Origin: Candidatus Rokubacteria bacterium 13_1_40CM_68_15
GTDB lineage: Bacteria > Methylomirabilota > Methylomirabilia > Rokubacteriales > CSP1-6
Direction of reading: 5' to 3'
Assembly: GCA_001917585.1 (NCBI GenBank)
Contig: MNEG01000048.1
Span: 23,362-87,361, forward strand
DNA: 64,000 nt
Shown here one piece after another: positions 50,027 to 58,381 of the stretch (within the stretch, counting starts at the first letter, position 1; every line of letters begins with the position of its first letter). Position numbers and translations under genes: made by a program. Under the pieces are notes generated by a model. The model did no database searches and was not told where the DNA came from. It saw only the letters and a program-made list of their open reading frames with translations.

Positions 50027-51217
50027 TTAGTGCCCGCTGACCTCCTTGTAGCTGCCCGCGGTAAGGAACCAGCCGGTCGGAACCTTCCCGGCGCCGTTGG
50101 CATTGGCGCAGTTGAAGGACACCGTCGCGTCGGTCTGCGAGCCGTTGCTGGCGTTGAGGTTCTGGGCGATGACGAGGCCGTTGACGGGGGTGCTGCCACC
50201 GTTCGACGTCACGTCATTGACCACGTAGAGCAGACCCCGGATCGCCCCACTGGCGTTGATGCCAATGACATTTCCCATCACGATGATCCAGCCGTGAAAG
50301 TCCCCCATCGAGAACGGCGTGCCCTGAAAGTCGACGTTCGCGTAGTCGTCAGGATTGCTGGCCGCGGGAGGGTTGCCGCTGATCGTGTCGACGAAGACGA
50401 TGCCGTTCCTCGTGATCGGGTTCGAGGCGTTGAACGTCGCGGCCCCTGTCCAGCTCGCCCCGCCGGCGGGCGGTGAGCCCGGACCGATGTAGGTGCCGCT
50501 GGTCCTGGCCATCTGTTTGAGCACGGCCAGGTGATGAGCGCCGAGCGTGAAGGCATCGAAGTCCGACGTCGGGGCATTGATCACGACGTCTGTCGTCTCG
50601 TTCCCGGTGTCGTTGCCGTCCGTCGCCCCCCAGATCGACGCGGCGTCCAGCGTCATGGTGGTGCCCGCGGTGTACGCCCCGTACTTCCGGCCGCACGAGG
50701 TGTCGCCTCGGGCGTCGATGGTGGAGCTGCCTTTGACCTCGAGATCGCCCTTCACGCAGAGGGCGCAGGGCGCATCGAGACCGAAGTTCGGGAACCGCAT
50801 CAGGGTGGCGGTGATCTTCCGATGGGCGCTCCCCGTGGACGTGTTGCTCGGCGTCGAGCCGACCGCCTCGATCTTGGCCTCACTCATCGAGACGCCCGTG
50901 ATCTTCAGCGTGAAACCGCCTGCGCCGATCGTGATGTAGGTACCACCATCGTAGGGCGGGCCCGCCACGACACCATTCGAGGGCGGACCGATGCCCCCGC
51001 TCACGCCAGACCCGGCGGTCAGGGCCCAGACGGCGCGCTCCACTGCGCTCTCGGCCAGCGCCCGCGCGACGGCGCCCCGGTACTGATTGGCGGCGATCAC
51101 CGGCTCGCTCTGGGCGAGGACGGCGAAGGCAATCATGAGCCCGGAGAGGATGACCAGCGCGATCAACGTCAGTGGCATCGCGACACCGACCTCATCCCGC
51201 AATCTCGCGCCTGTCAT
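50027..51217 (-). CDS. PilX-N-terminal-domain-like protein (type IV pilus minor-pilin-like anchor) with a large Gly, Thr, Asn and Ala-rich extracellular region
   Basis: N-terminus ...MPLTLIALVILSGLMIAFAVLAQSEPVIAANQYRGAVARALAESAVERAVWAL resembles the PilX N-terminal domain. The rest looks beta-helix or adhesin-like. Confidence 0.5.
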   Translation of the reverse strand: MTGARLRDEVGVAMPLTLIALVILSGLMIAFAVLAQSEPVIAANQYRGAVARALAESAVERAVWALTAGSGVSGGIGPPSNGVVAGPPYDGGTYITIGAGGFTLKITGVSMSEAKIEAVGSTPSNTSTGSAHRKITATLMRFPNFGLDAPCALCVKGDLEVKGSSTIDARGDTSCGRKYGAYTAGTTMTLDAASIWGATDGNDTGNETTDVVINAPTSDFDAFTLGAHHLAVLKQMARTSGTYIGPGSPPAGGASWTGAATFNASNPITRNGIVFVDTISGNPPAASNPDDYANVDFQGTPFSMGDFHGWIIVMGNVIGINASGAIRGLLYVVNDVTSNGGSTPVNGLVIAQNLNASNGSQTDATVSFNCANANGAGKVPTGWFLTAGSYKEVSGH

Positions 51218-51309
51218 CGCCCGGCACTCTAACGGCCCGCGCGATGGCTTTCAATGCCCAGCTTTGAAGACACTCGCCAGGGACGAGCGTCGGGAGCACA
51301 ATACGGGCC

Positions 51310-51684
51310 GTGTTCAAACCGCTTGGCCTCGATCACGTGGTGCTCCGGGTATCGGATCAGGCGCGCTCGCAGCGCTTTTACGTCGAGATGCTGGGATGCA
51401 CCGTCGACCATGTCAACGAGCGGTTATCGCTGATCCATCTTCGCTTCGGCGGTCACATGATCGATCTGGTGCCGGCCTCGGTGGGCACGCCGACCTCCGG
51501 CGGTGTCGATCATGTATGCCTGTCAATCGACTGCAATGATCTGGCGGGTGTCGCCAGGGAGCTCAAAGCGCGGGGGGTGACGGTGGAGGGCGAGGTTGCC
51601 GACCGGCGCGGGGCCTATGGTCGGGGCCCGTCGATCTACATCCGCGATCCGGACGGCTACAAAATCGAGCTGAAGCCGCGCTGA
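51310..51684 (+). CDS. VOC (glyoxalase/bleomycin resistance/dioxygenase) family protein
   Basis: LDHVVLRVSDQARSQRFYVEMLG...DHVCLSI...DPDGYKIEL. GTG start. Confidence 0.8.
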   Translation: MFKPLGLDHVVLRVSDQARSQRFYVEMLGCTVDHVNERLSLIHLRFGGHMIDLVPASVGTPTSGGVDHVCLSIDCNDLAGVARELKARGVTVEGEVADRRGAYGRGPSIYIRDPDGYKIELKPR

Positions 51685-51688
51685 CGGG

Positions 51689-51985
51689 CTAGTACGCCCA
51701 GTGCCCGGGTACCCAGACCCAGGCGTATCCATTCCATACCCACTGGCTCGGGTACCACGCCGGCTGAATCACCGGCGTCCCCACGCTACCCGGGGCGACT
51801 GCCACACCTCCGGGCCCTGGGACGACGACCGTCGTATGCCGGTGCTGGTGTCCCCAGGATGCCCACGGGTCCCGGTAGGTAGGGAAGACGCTGGGCTGTC
51901 CGACGAGCTGACCTGCCGAGGCGGGGCCGATCGCGACACCGACCATCACCGTGATCCCCAGAGCCAGCAGCAGCAGCCGTTTCAT
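51689..51985 (-). CDS. Small secreted Trp/Tyr-rich protein (YXWGXW-repeat-like C-terminus)
   Basis: Signal peptide MKRLLLLALGITVMVGVAIGPASA. C-terminus WYPSQWVWNGYAWVWVPGHWAY. gggagg lies upstream of the ATG at 51985. Confidence 0.6.
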   Translation of the reverse strand: MKRLLLLALGITVMVGVAIGPASAGQLVGQPSVFPTYRDPWASWGHQHRHTTVVVPGPGGVAVAPGSVGTPVIQPAWYPSQWVWNGYAWVWVPGHWAY

Positions 51986-52063
51986 ATAGAATGCCTCCCT
52001 GCCACATGTGACGTGACCGGTCCCGTGACCATTCACGTAGAGCGTGTTCCTGGGAGGACGGCG

Positions 52064-53596
52064 ATGGAGGAGATATCGGTTCCCGCGATGACTCTCTCGC
52101 GCCCGCCGATCGACGGTGCAGCGCGAGCTCCCCGAGACCTGCGGGCCTGGGTCGACGCCGTCGAGCGGATCGGCCAGCTGCGTCGGATCACCGAAGAGGT
52201 CAGCCGCAACGAGGAGATGGGCGCCATCACCTATATGGCCCATCAGGAGATCAACGCCCCAGCGCTGCTCTTCGAGAACATCAAGGACACGCCTCGCGGC
52301 TTTCGCGCCCTCTGGAACCCCCTCGGTTCCAGCGTCGACCGCTTCGCCGTCGCCATCGGGGAACCGGTGGGGCTTGGAGTGATGGAGCTCGTTCGCCGGT
52401 GCAAGACCAAGCTCATGAGCCCGATCCCACCCGTCCTCGTCGAGAGCGAGGGCGCGCCCGTGAACGAGAACCATCTCTATGACGACAAGGTGGATGTGCG
52501 CGGCTTCCCGGCCGCCCGCCACTGGGCCGGTGACGGTGGTGAGTACATCGGGACCTGCGACGCGATCATCACGCGCGATCCCGATGGCGGATGGCTCAAC
52601 GTTGGAACGTACCGTCAGATGGTCCAGGGCAAGAATCAGGTTGGCCTGTACCTCTCGCCCGGGAAGGACGCTCGGCTGCACATCGAGCGCTACTGGAGCC
52701 GGAACGAGCCCTGCGAGGTGGTCTGCTGCTGGGGCATCGACCCCGCACTCTTCATCGCGGCGTCCCAGACGTTTCCCAAGACAGTGTCCGAGCTCGACTA
52801 CGTCGGCGGCCTCAAAGGCGCGCCGGTGGAGATGGTGAAGGCGGAGCGCACGAGCCTGCTGTATCCGGCGCACGTCGAGATCGCCGTCGAAGGCGTGATC
52901 GCGCCGAACTCGCAGAAGCTCGAAGGACCGTTCGGCGAGTTCACGGGCTATTACGGGCGGCCGGAAGACCTCGCGTTCCTGGTCGACGTCAAGGCCGTTC
53001 ACCATCGCGACGATCCGATTCTCACCCATGCGCTCATGGCGGACTATCCGGCCAACGAGTGTGCGCTGCTCTACTCGGTGGCTCGGTCGGCGAGGATCTG
53101 GAACGACCTCGAACGCCTCGGAGTGCCCGGGATCAAGGGCGTCTACGCGCATCCTGCCGCCGCCGGCGGCTTCGCCATGACGGTCGTGTCGCTCGAGCAG
53201 CGCTACGCCGGCCACGCGTCCCAGGCCCTCGCGCTCACGGCGCAGTGCCCGGGCGGCGCCTACTTCTCGAAGTGGATCGTCGCAGTGGACGAGGACGTGG
53301 ATCCGTCGAACACCAACCAGGTGATCTGGGCGATGTCCACGCGCTGCAACCCAATCGAGGACATCGACATCCTTCGCCAGACGTGGTCGACCTGGCTCGA
53401 TCCGACGCAGAACCCACCCGAGGAGCGGCCGTACGGCTCGAAGGCGCTCATCAACGCGTGCATGGAGCACCGTTACATCAAGCAGTTCTCGAAGCGCACC
53501 AAGATCCGCCGGTCCGTGTACGAGAGCGTCGCCGCCCGCTGGGCGCAGCTCGGCTTCAAGGGCCGGCCGCCGGCGCTCTGGGCGCTGGAAGACTGA
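52064..53596 (+). CDS. UbiD family (prFMN-dependent) decarboxylase/carboxylase, paralog 1
   Basis: The ATG at 52064 is preceded by gggagg. 510 aa. DLRAWVDAVERIGQLRRITEEV...NAPALLFENIK, followed by the UbiD core. Confidence 0.85.
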   Translation: MEEISVPAMTLSRPPIDGAARAPRDLRAWVDAVERIGQLRRITEEVSRNEEMGAITYMAHQEINAPALLFENIKDTPRGFRALWNPLGSSVDRFAVAIGEPVGLGVMELVRRCKTKLMSPIPPVLVESEGAPVNENHLYDDKVDVRGFPAARHWAGDGGEYIGTCDAIITRDPDGGWLNVGTYRQMVQGKNQVGLYLSPGKDARLHIERYWSRNEPCEVVCCWGIDPALFIAASQTFPKTVSELDYVGGLKGAPVEMVKAERTSLLYPAHVEIAVEGVIAPNSQKLEGPFGEFTGYYGRPEDLAFLVDVKAVHHRDDPILTHALMADYPANECALLYSVARSARIWNDLERLGVPGIKGVYAHPAAAGGFAMTVVSLEQRYAGHASQALALTAQCPGGAYFSKWIVAVDEDVDPSNTNQVIWAMSTRCNPIEDIDILRQTWSTWLDPTQNPPEERPYGSKALINACMEHRYIKQFSKRTKIRRSVYESVAARWAQLGFKGRPPALWALED

Positions 53597-53600
53597 CGCG

Positions 53601-55133
53601 ATGGAGGAGATGAGCGTCCACGTCGGAGCGCCCACCGGCTCCGAGGCCGTGAGCCCGGGACAGGCGCCCCGCGATCTGCGCGCGTGGATCGATGCGGTCG
53701 AGCGGATCGGCCAGCTTATGCGCGTGCGCGAAGAGGTCAGCCGCAACGAGGAGATGGGCGCGATCACGTACATGGCCCATCAGGAGATCAACGCCCCCAC
53801 GCTGCTCTTCGAGAACATCAAGGAGTCACCGCGGGGCCATCGCGCCCTCTGGAATCCGATCGGCTCGAGCGTGGACCGCTTCGCGGTCGCCATCGGTGAG
53901 CCGCCTGGTCTCGGTGTGATGGAGCTGGTCCGGAGGTGCAAGAGCAAATTCTCGCTGGCGATCCCACCCGTGATCGTGGACGGTGAGGGCCAGCCCGCCA
54001 ACGAGAACCACCTCCGGGACGACAAGGTGGACATCCGTGACTTCCCCGCCGCGCGCCACTGGGCGCGCGATGGTGGCGAGTACATAGGGACCTGCGACGC
54101 CATCATCACCCGCGATCCCGACGGCGGCTGGCTCAACGTTGGGACCTATCGCCAGATGGTCCAGGCCAAAAATCAGGTCGGGCTCTATCTCTCACCGGGC
54201 AAGGACGCGCGGCTCCACATCGAACGGTACTGGAGCCGGGGTGAGGCGTGCGAGGTCGTGATGTGCTGGGGCATCGATCCCGCGCTCTTCATCGTCGCCT
54301 GTCAGACGTTTCCCAAGACCGTCTCGGAGCTGGACTTTGCCGGGGGCTTGATGGGACGTCCCGTGGAGCTCGTGAAGGGCGAGGTGACGAGCCTCGTCTA
54401 TCCGGCCCGCGCGGAGATCGTGGCCGAAGGGACCATCCCGCCCGACTCGCAGAAGCTCGAGGGGCCGTTCGGCGAGTTCACCGGATACTACGGCCGCCCG
54501 GAAGACCTGGCGTTCCTCGTTCACGTGAAGGCCGTCCACCATCGCGACAACCCGATCCTCACCCACGCGTTGATGGCGGACTATCCCGCCAACGAGAACT
54601 CCACGCTCTTTTCCATCGCGCGGTCGGCGCGGATCTGGAACGACCTCGACCGGCTCGGTGTGCCCGGGCTCCGGGGCGTCTATTCGCATCCCGCGGCGGC
54701 GGGCGGCTGGGGCATGACCGTGATCTCGCTCGAGCAGCGCTACGCCGGCCACGCCCCCCAGGCGCTCGCGCTCGCCGCCCAGTGCCCGGGGGGCGCGTAC
54801 TACGCGAAGTGGATCATCGCCGTGGACGAGGATGTCGATCCTTCGAACATCAACCAGGTGATCTGGGCGATGTCCACGCGCTGCAATCCGGTCGAGGACA
54901 TCGACTTCCTGCGCGCGACGTGGTCGACGTGGCTCGATCCGACCCAGAACCCGCCCGAGGAGCGGCCCTACGGATCCAAGGCGCTGATCAACGCCTGCAT
55001 GGAGCACCGCTACCTCAAGCAGTTCTCGAGGCGCACGAAGATCCGCCGGTCCGTGTACGAGAACGTTGCCGCGCGCTGGGCGCAACTCGGCTTCACGGGC
55101 CAGCCGCCAGCGTTGTGGGCACTTGACGATTGA
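53601..55133 (+). CDS. UbiD family (prFMN-dependent) decarboxylase/carboxylase, paralog 2
   Basis: 510 aa. It is collinear with paralog 1 and identical at most positions by eye, and starts 4 nt after paralog 1 stops. Confidence 0.85.
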   Translation: MEEMSVHVGAPTGSEAVSPGQAPRDLRAWIDAVERIGQLMRVREEVSRNEEMGAITYMAHQEINAPTLLFENIKESPRGHRALWNPIGSSVDRFAVAIGEPPGLGVMELVRRCKSKFSLAIPPVIVDGEGQPANENHLRDDKVDIRDFPAARHWARDGGEYIGTCDAIITRDPDGGWLNVGTYRQMVQAKNQVGLYLSPGKDARLHIERYWSRGEACEVVMCWGIDPALFIVACQTFPKTVSELDFAGGLMGRPVELVKGEVTSLVYPARAEIVAEGTIPPDSQKLEGPFGEFTGYYGRPEDLAFLVHVKAVHHRDNPILTHALMADYPANENSTLFSIARSARIWNDLDRLGVPGLRGVYSHPAAAGGWGMTVISLEQRYAGHAPQALALAAQCPGGAYYAKWIIAVDEDVDPSNINQVIWAMSTRCNPVEDIDFLRATWSTWLDPTQNPPEERPYGSKALINACMEHRYLKQFSRRTKIRRSVYENVAARWAQLGFTGQPPALWALDD

Positions 55134-55137
55134 GGCA

Positions 55138-55218
55138 GTCGCGCGCACCGCGAACGAGGGGGTTTGGGGCGGGATCGGGCTGGGTCGCGCGCACCGTGAA
55201 CGAGGGGGGTTTGGGGGG
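55138..55218 (+). repeat. Two direct repeats of about 32-35 nt (gtcgcgcgcaccg[c/t]gaacgagggggtttgggg), 46 nt apart, G-tract rich
   Basis: Copy 1 at 55138-55169, copy 2 at 55184-55218. The second copy runs into a hairpin: tttgggggg at 55210-55218 pairs with ccccccaaa at 55232-55240. Confidence 0.8.
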
Positions 55219-55256
55219 AAGCGGGACGGGTCCCCCCAAATGATGAGGAGACGCCG

Positions 55257-56270
55257 ATGATTGTGCTCCGCGCACTGGCCGCGCTGGTCGGGCTGCTCGC
55301 CGCCACGACGGCTCACGCGCAGCTGCCGAAGCAGGTGACGCTCGCAACCAATCCGCCGGGGACGACCTACTACTCAGTCGCCAGCGGACTCGCGAAGGTC
55401 ATCTCGGCTCACGCCGGCTACCAGATGGTCGTCCAGCCCTACACCGGGACGAGCACCATGTTGCCGCTGCTGAACACCGGCGAGGTCGACTTCGGCCTGG
55501 TCAACGCGGTCGACATGGGCCTCGCCTATCGCGGGCCGTCGTTGAAGATCGGCGGCCGCAATCCGTTCCCTCACGCGCCCAACCTGCGCCTGGTCATGCG
55601 CGGCTCGCCGCTCCTTGTCGGCCTTCTCGTGAAGAAGGATTCCCCGATCAAGACGGTCCACGACGTCAAGGGTAAGCGCTTGACCGGTGAGTATCCCGCT
55701 CACCTGGCCGTCTGGTACAACATGTTCGGTCATCTGGCCAGCGCCGGCCTCACCTGGAACGACGTCAAGGTCGTCCCCGTCCCCGCCGTCAACGATGGCG
55801 TGGACGCGTTGATGCAGGGACGGGCCGACGCCACCGAGCACGCGCTCAACTCGGCCAAGACGAAAGAGGCCGACGCATCCGTCGGCGTGCGCTTCGTCTC
55901 CATCGACTGCTCGCCCGAGGGCGAGAAACGGCTGCGTACGGCGGTGCCCGGCTACTACCCGCGCTGGGTGAAGAAGGGCGAGGGTACCGGCGTGGTCGAG
56001 GACACTTGCTTCATCGCCTACGACAGCCACCTGGCGGCCGGCAAGAGCCTGCCCGACGCCGTCGTCGAGGTCGCGCTGAAGGCCCTCTGGGAGCACGAGG
56101 GTGAGCTTGCGCCGGTCCACCCGATGCTGAAAGAGTGGACGCGCGAGCGCGGGGTGGGCAGCGACGTGACCATCCCGTACCACCCGGCGGCTGTGCGCTT
56201 CTTCAAGGAGCGCGGGCTCTGGAAGCCGGAGATGGAGCAGGCCCAGCAGCGCCTGCTCGGCGGAAGGTGA
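55257..56270 (+). CDS. TAXI-family TRAP transporter solute-binding protein
   Basis: Signal peptide followed by VTLATNPPGTTYYSVASGLAKVI... It is followed by a fused TRAP permease gene. Confidence 0.8.
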   Translation: MIVLRALAALVGLLAATTAHAQLPKQVTLATNPPGTTYYSVASGLAKVISAHAGYQMVVQPYTGTSTMLPLLNTGEVDFGLVNAVDMGLAYRGPSLKIGGRNPFPHAPNLRLVMRGSPLLVGLLVKKDSPIKTVHDVKGKRLTGEYPAHLAVWYNMFGHLASAGLTWNDVKVVPVPAVNDGVDALMQGRADATEHALNSAKTKEADASVGVRFVSIDCSPEGEKRLRTAVPGYYPRWVKKGEGTGVVEDTCFIAYDSHLAAGKSLPDAVVEVALKALWEHEGELAPVHPMLKEWTRERGVGSDVTIPYHPAAVRFFKERGLWKPEMEQAQQRLLGGR

Positions 56271-56277
56271 TTCCGGC

Positions 56278-58191
56278 GTGACCGAGATCATCGCCCGCTT
56301 CCGTCAGCTCGACGGCACGGCGCGCGTCGTCGAGCGGTTCTTGCTGATCTCCCTCGCGGTCGTCGGGGGATTGTGGGCGACCCAGGTTCACCATTACCTG
56401 CCCTTCGCGTTCTTCAACGAGCAGTACCTCGGCCTCTTCCTCGGGCTCGGGCTGGCGCCCGTGTTCGTGTGCGTGCGGGTCGGCGGCGGGGCGTCGCTCG
56501 ACCGCGTGCCCTGGTACGACTGGCTCCTCGCCGCCGGCGCGATCGTGGTCGGCGGCTACGTGGCGGTCCTCTATCCGACCATCGCCTACACGCTCGGCAT
56601 CGTGACCTGGGACAAGCTGCTCCTGGGTGTGCTGGCGGTCGTGCTCGTGCTGGAAGGGGTCCGCCGGCTGGCCGGCTGGGCCCTCATGTGGATCGCGCTG
56701 GCGTGCGTGCTCTACGCGAAGTTCGCATGGCTGCTGCCCGGTGTGTTCTACGCGAAGGGCTCGAGCTGGCAGCGCATCGCCGTCTACCTCTACCTCGACA
56801 GCAACGGCATCTTCGGCGTGCCGCTGGCGGTGACCGCGTCGATCGTGGTCGCCTACATCTTCTTCGGTCAGGCGCTCTATGCCGTGGGCGGCGACAAGTT
56901 CCTCACCGACGTGGCGATGTGGGCCATGGGCTCCTACCGGGGTGGCCCCGCCAAGATGGCCGTCGTCTCGTCGAGCCTCTACGGCACCGTCTCGGGGAGC
57001 GCGGTGGCCAACGTCGTCGTGGACGGCGCCATCACGATCCCCATGATGAAGCGCGCGGGCTATCCATCGCATCTGGCCGCCGCCATCGAGGCCGTGTCGT
57101 CGAACGGCGGCCAGATCATGCCGCCGGTCATGGGCGCGGCCGCGTTCCTCATCGCCGAATACCTGGCGATTCCCTACGGTCAGGTCGCGCTGGCCGCCGC
57201 GATCCCGGCGGGTCTGTACTACCTCGCGCTGTTCGTTCAGGTGGATCTGGAGGCGGCCAAGCTCGGCCTGGCCGGATTGCCGCGCGAGCAGCTGCCGAAG
57301 ATCCGTCCGGTGCTTCGCCGGGGCTGGGTGTTCCTGGCGCCACTGGCCGTCCTGGTGTGGACGCTGATCCTCTCGAACTGGGAAGCCGGTCAGGCGGGCA
57401 TGCTCGCCGTGGCCGTCACCTTCGGCGTGGGCGCGCTGCAGAAGGAGACGCGCCCGACCTGGCGCAGCATCGTCGAGACGCTCGAGGGTACCGGGCGGAC
57501 GATGCTCGACCTCGTGGCCATCACCACCCTGGCCGGCGTCGTCATCGGCTCGCTCCAGCTCTCGGGGTTCACGTCGAAGCTCCCGCTCCTCCTCGTGAGC
57601 ATGGCGGGCGGGAACATCGTGTTGCTGCTCATCTTGACCGCGATCGTGAGCATCATCCTTGGCATGTCGCTACCGACGACCGTCGTGAAATCACGAAGCT
57701 CATCGATCTTTTCAAGTGGGTGCTGCGTGAAGAAGAGAATTGGAATTCTGTTGCTCGAGTTCTTGCGAGTTCTTCTCCTCGACGGGATGCGGCTGGGGAT
57801 CGTTGCCTACATCGTGCCGTTCGTCTTCGTGTTCCATCCACCACTGATCTTCATGGGCAGCTTCGCTCAGATCACGGTGGCGGTCGTGACCGCCTCCATC
57901 GGCGTGATCCTGCTCGGCGTCGGGTGTGCCGGCTATCTGTTCCGGCCGCTCAGCTGGTTCCGCCGTACGTGGGCGTGGGTGGCCGGGCTCCTGCTCTTCA
58001 TGCCGCCGCTGTCAGTGCTGCCGTTCGCCAAGAGCATGGCACTCTCGGAGGCGGTGGGGGAAGTTCTCATCGACGTGCTCGGCCTCGCGCTCGGGTTGGC
58101 GCTGGTCCTCGTCGAGCGCAGTGCGACCGCGACGCAACGAACGGGCGTGACGGAGCCCGACGCACCTCGACCAGCCCACCCACGGGCCTAA
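56278..58191 (+). CDS. TRAP transporter fused permease (DctQ/DctM-like, TAXI type), with an atypical low-GC internal patch
   Basis: 637-aa polytopic protein, ...SGSAVANVVVDGAITIPMMKRAGY...AVSSNGGQIMPPVMGAAAF... Residues encoded by about 57680-57780 do not resemble the family. Confidence 0.8.
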   Translation: MTEIIARFRQLDGTARVVERFLLISLAVVGGLWATQVHHYLPFAFFNEQYLGLFLGLGLAPVFVCVRVGGGASLDRVPWYDWLLAAGAIVVGGYVAVLYPTIAYTLGIVTWDKLLLGVLAVVLVLEGVRRLAGWALMWIALACVLYAKFAWLLPGVFYAKGSSWQRIAVYLYLDSNGIFGVPLAVTASIVVAYIFFGQALYAVGGDKFLTDVAMWAMGSYRGGPAKMAVVSSSLYGTVSGSAVANVVVDGAITIPMMKRAGYPSHLAAAIEAVSSNGGQIMPPVMGAAAFLIAEYLAIPYGQVALAAAIPAGLYYLALFVQVDLEAAKLGLAGLPREQLPKIRPVLRRGWVFLAPLAVLVWTLILSNWEAGQAGMLAVAVTFGVGALQKETRPTWRSIVETLEGTGRTMLDLVAITTLAGVVIGSLQLSGFTSKLPLLLVSMAGGNIVLLLILTAIVSIILGMSLPTTVVKSRSSSIFSSGCCVKKRIGILLLEFLRVLLLDGMRLGIVAYIVPFVFVFHPPLIFMGSFAQITVAVVTASIGVILLGVGCAGYLFRPLSWFRRTWAWVAGLLLFMPPLSVLPFAKSMALSEAVGEVLIDVLGLALGLALVLVERSATATQRTGVTEPDAPRPAHPRA

Positions 58192-58355
58192 AATGATCGA
58201 TCGGCACGACGAACGCAGCCACCCTGCCCGGAACATGATCAATCGGCAAGACGTACGCAGCCACCCAGCACCTCGAACAGGCCACCCACGGGCCTAAAAT
58301 GATCGATCGACACGACGAACGCAGCCACGCCGCACCTCGAACAGGCCACCCACGG
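58161..58355 (+). repeat. Tandem segmental repeats that span the permease stop codon and the downstream spacer (about 62-nt unit, present twice plus two partial copies)
   Basis: 58161-58222 and 58267-58328 match at nearly every position. Partial copies lie at 58231-58263 and 58331-58355. The repeat includes gcacctcga.cag.ccacccacgggcctaa, which is the last 9 codons plus the stop of the permease. Confidence 0.85.
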
Positions 58356-58381
58356 TTCATACCTATCTCGCGCTCCGATTC

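Noticed and set aside
57703-57759. ClaI, EcoRI and XhoI hexamers are clustered in the low-GC patch of the TRAP permease. I considered cloning-vector contamination.
   Set aside because: CTCGAG and ATCGAT are common in this GC-rich sequence, and a single GAATTC is not diagnostic. I recognise no polylinker or vector backbone sequence. It is kept only as a minor note within the composition-anomaly finding.
58161-58355. The intergenic repeats were considered as a small CRISPR array.
   Set aside because: There are only two full and two partial copies. The 'spacers' are themselves diverged repeat halves, the repeat overlaps a gene's 3' end, and there are no cas genes in the window.
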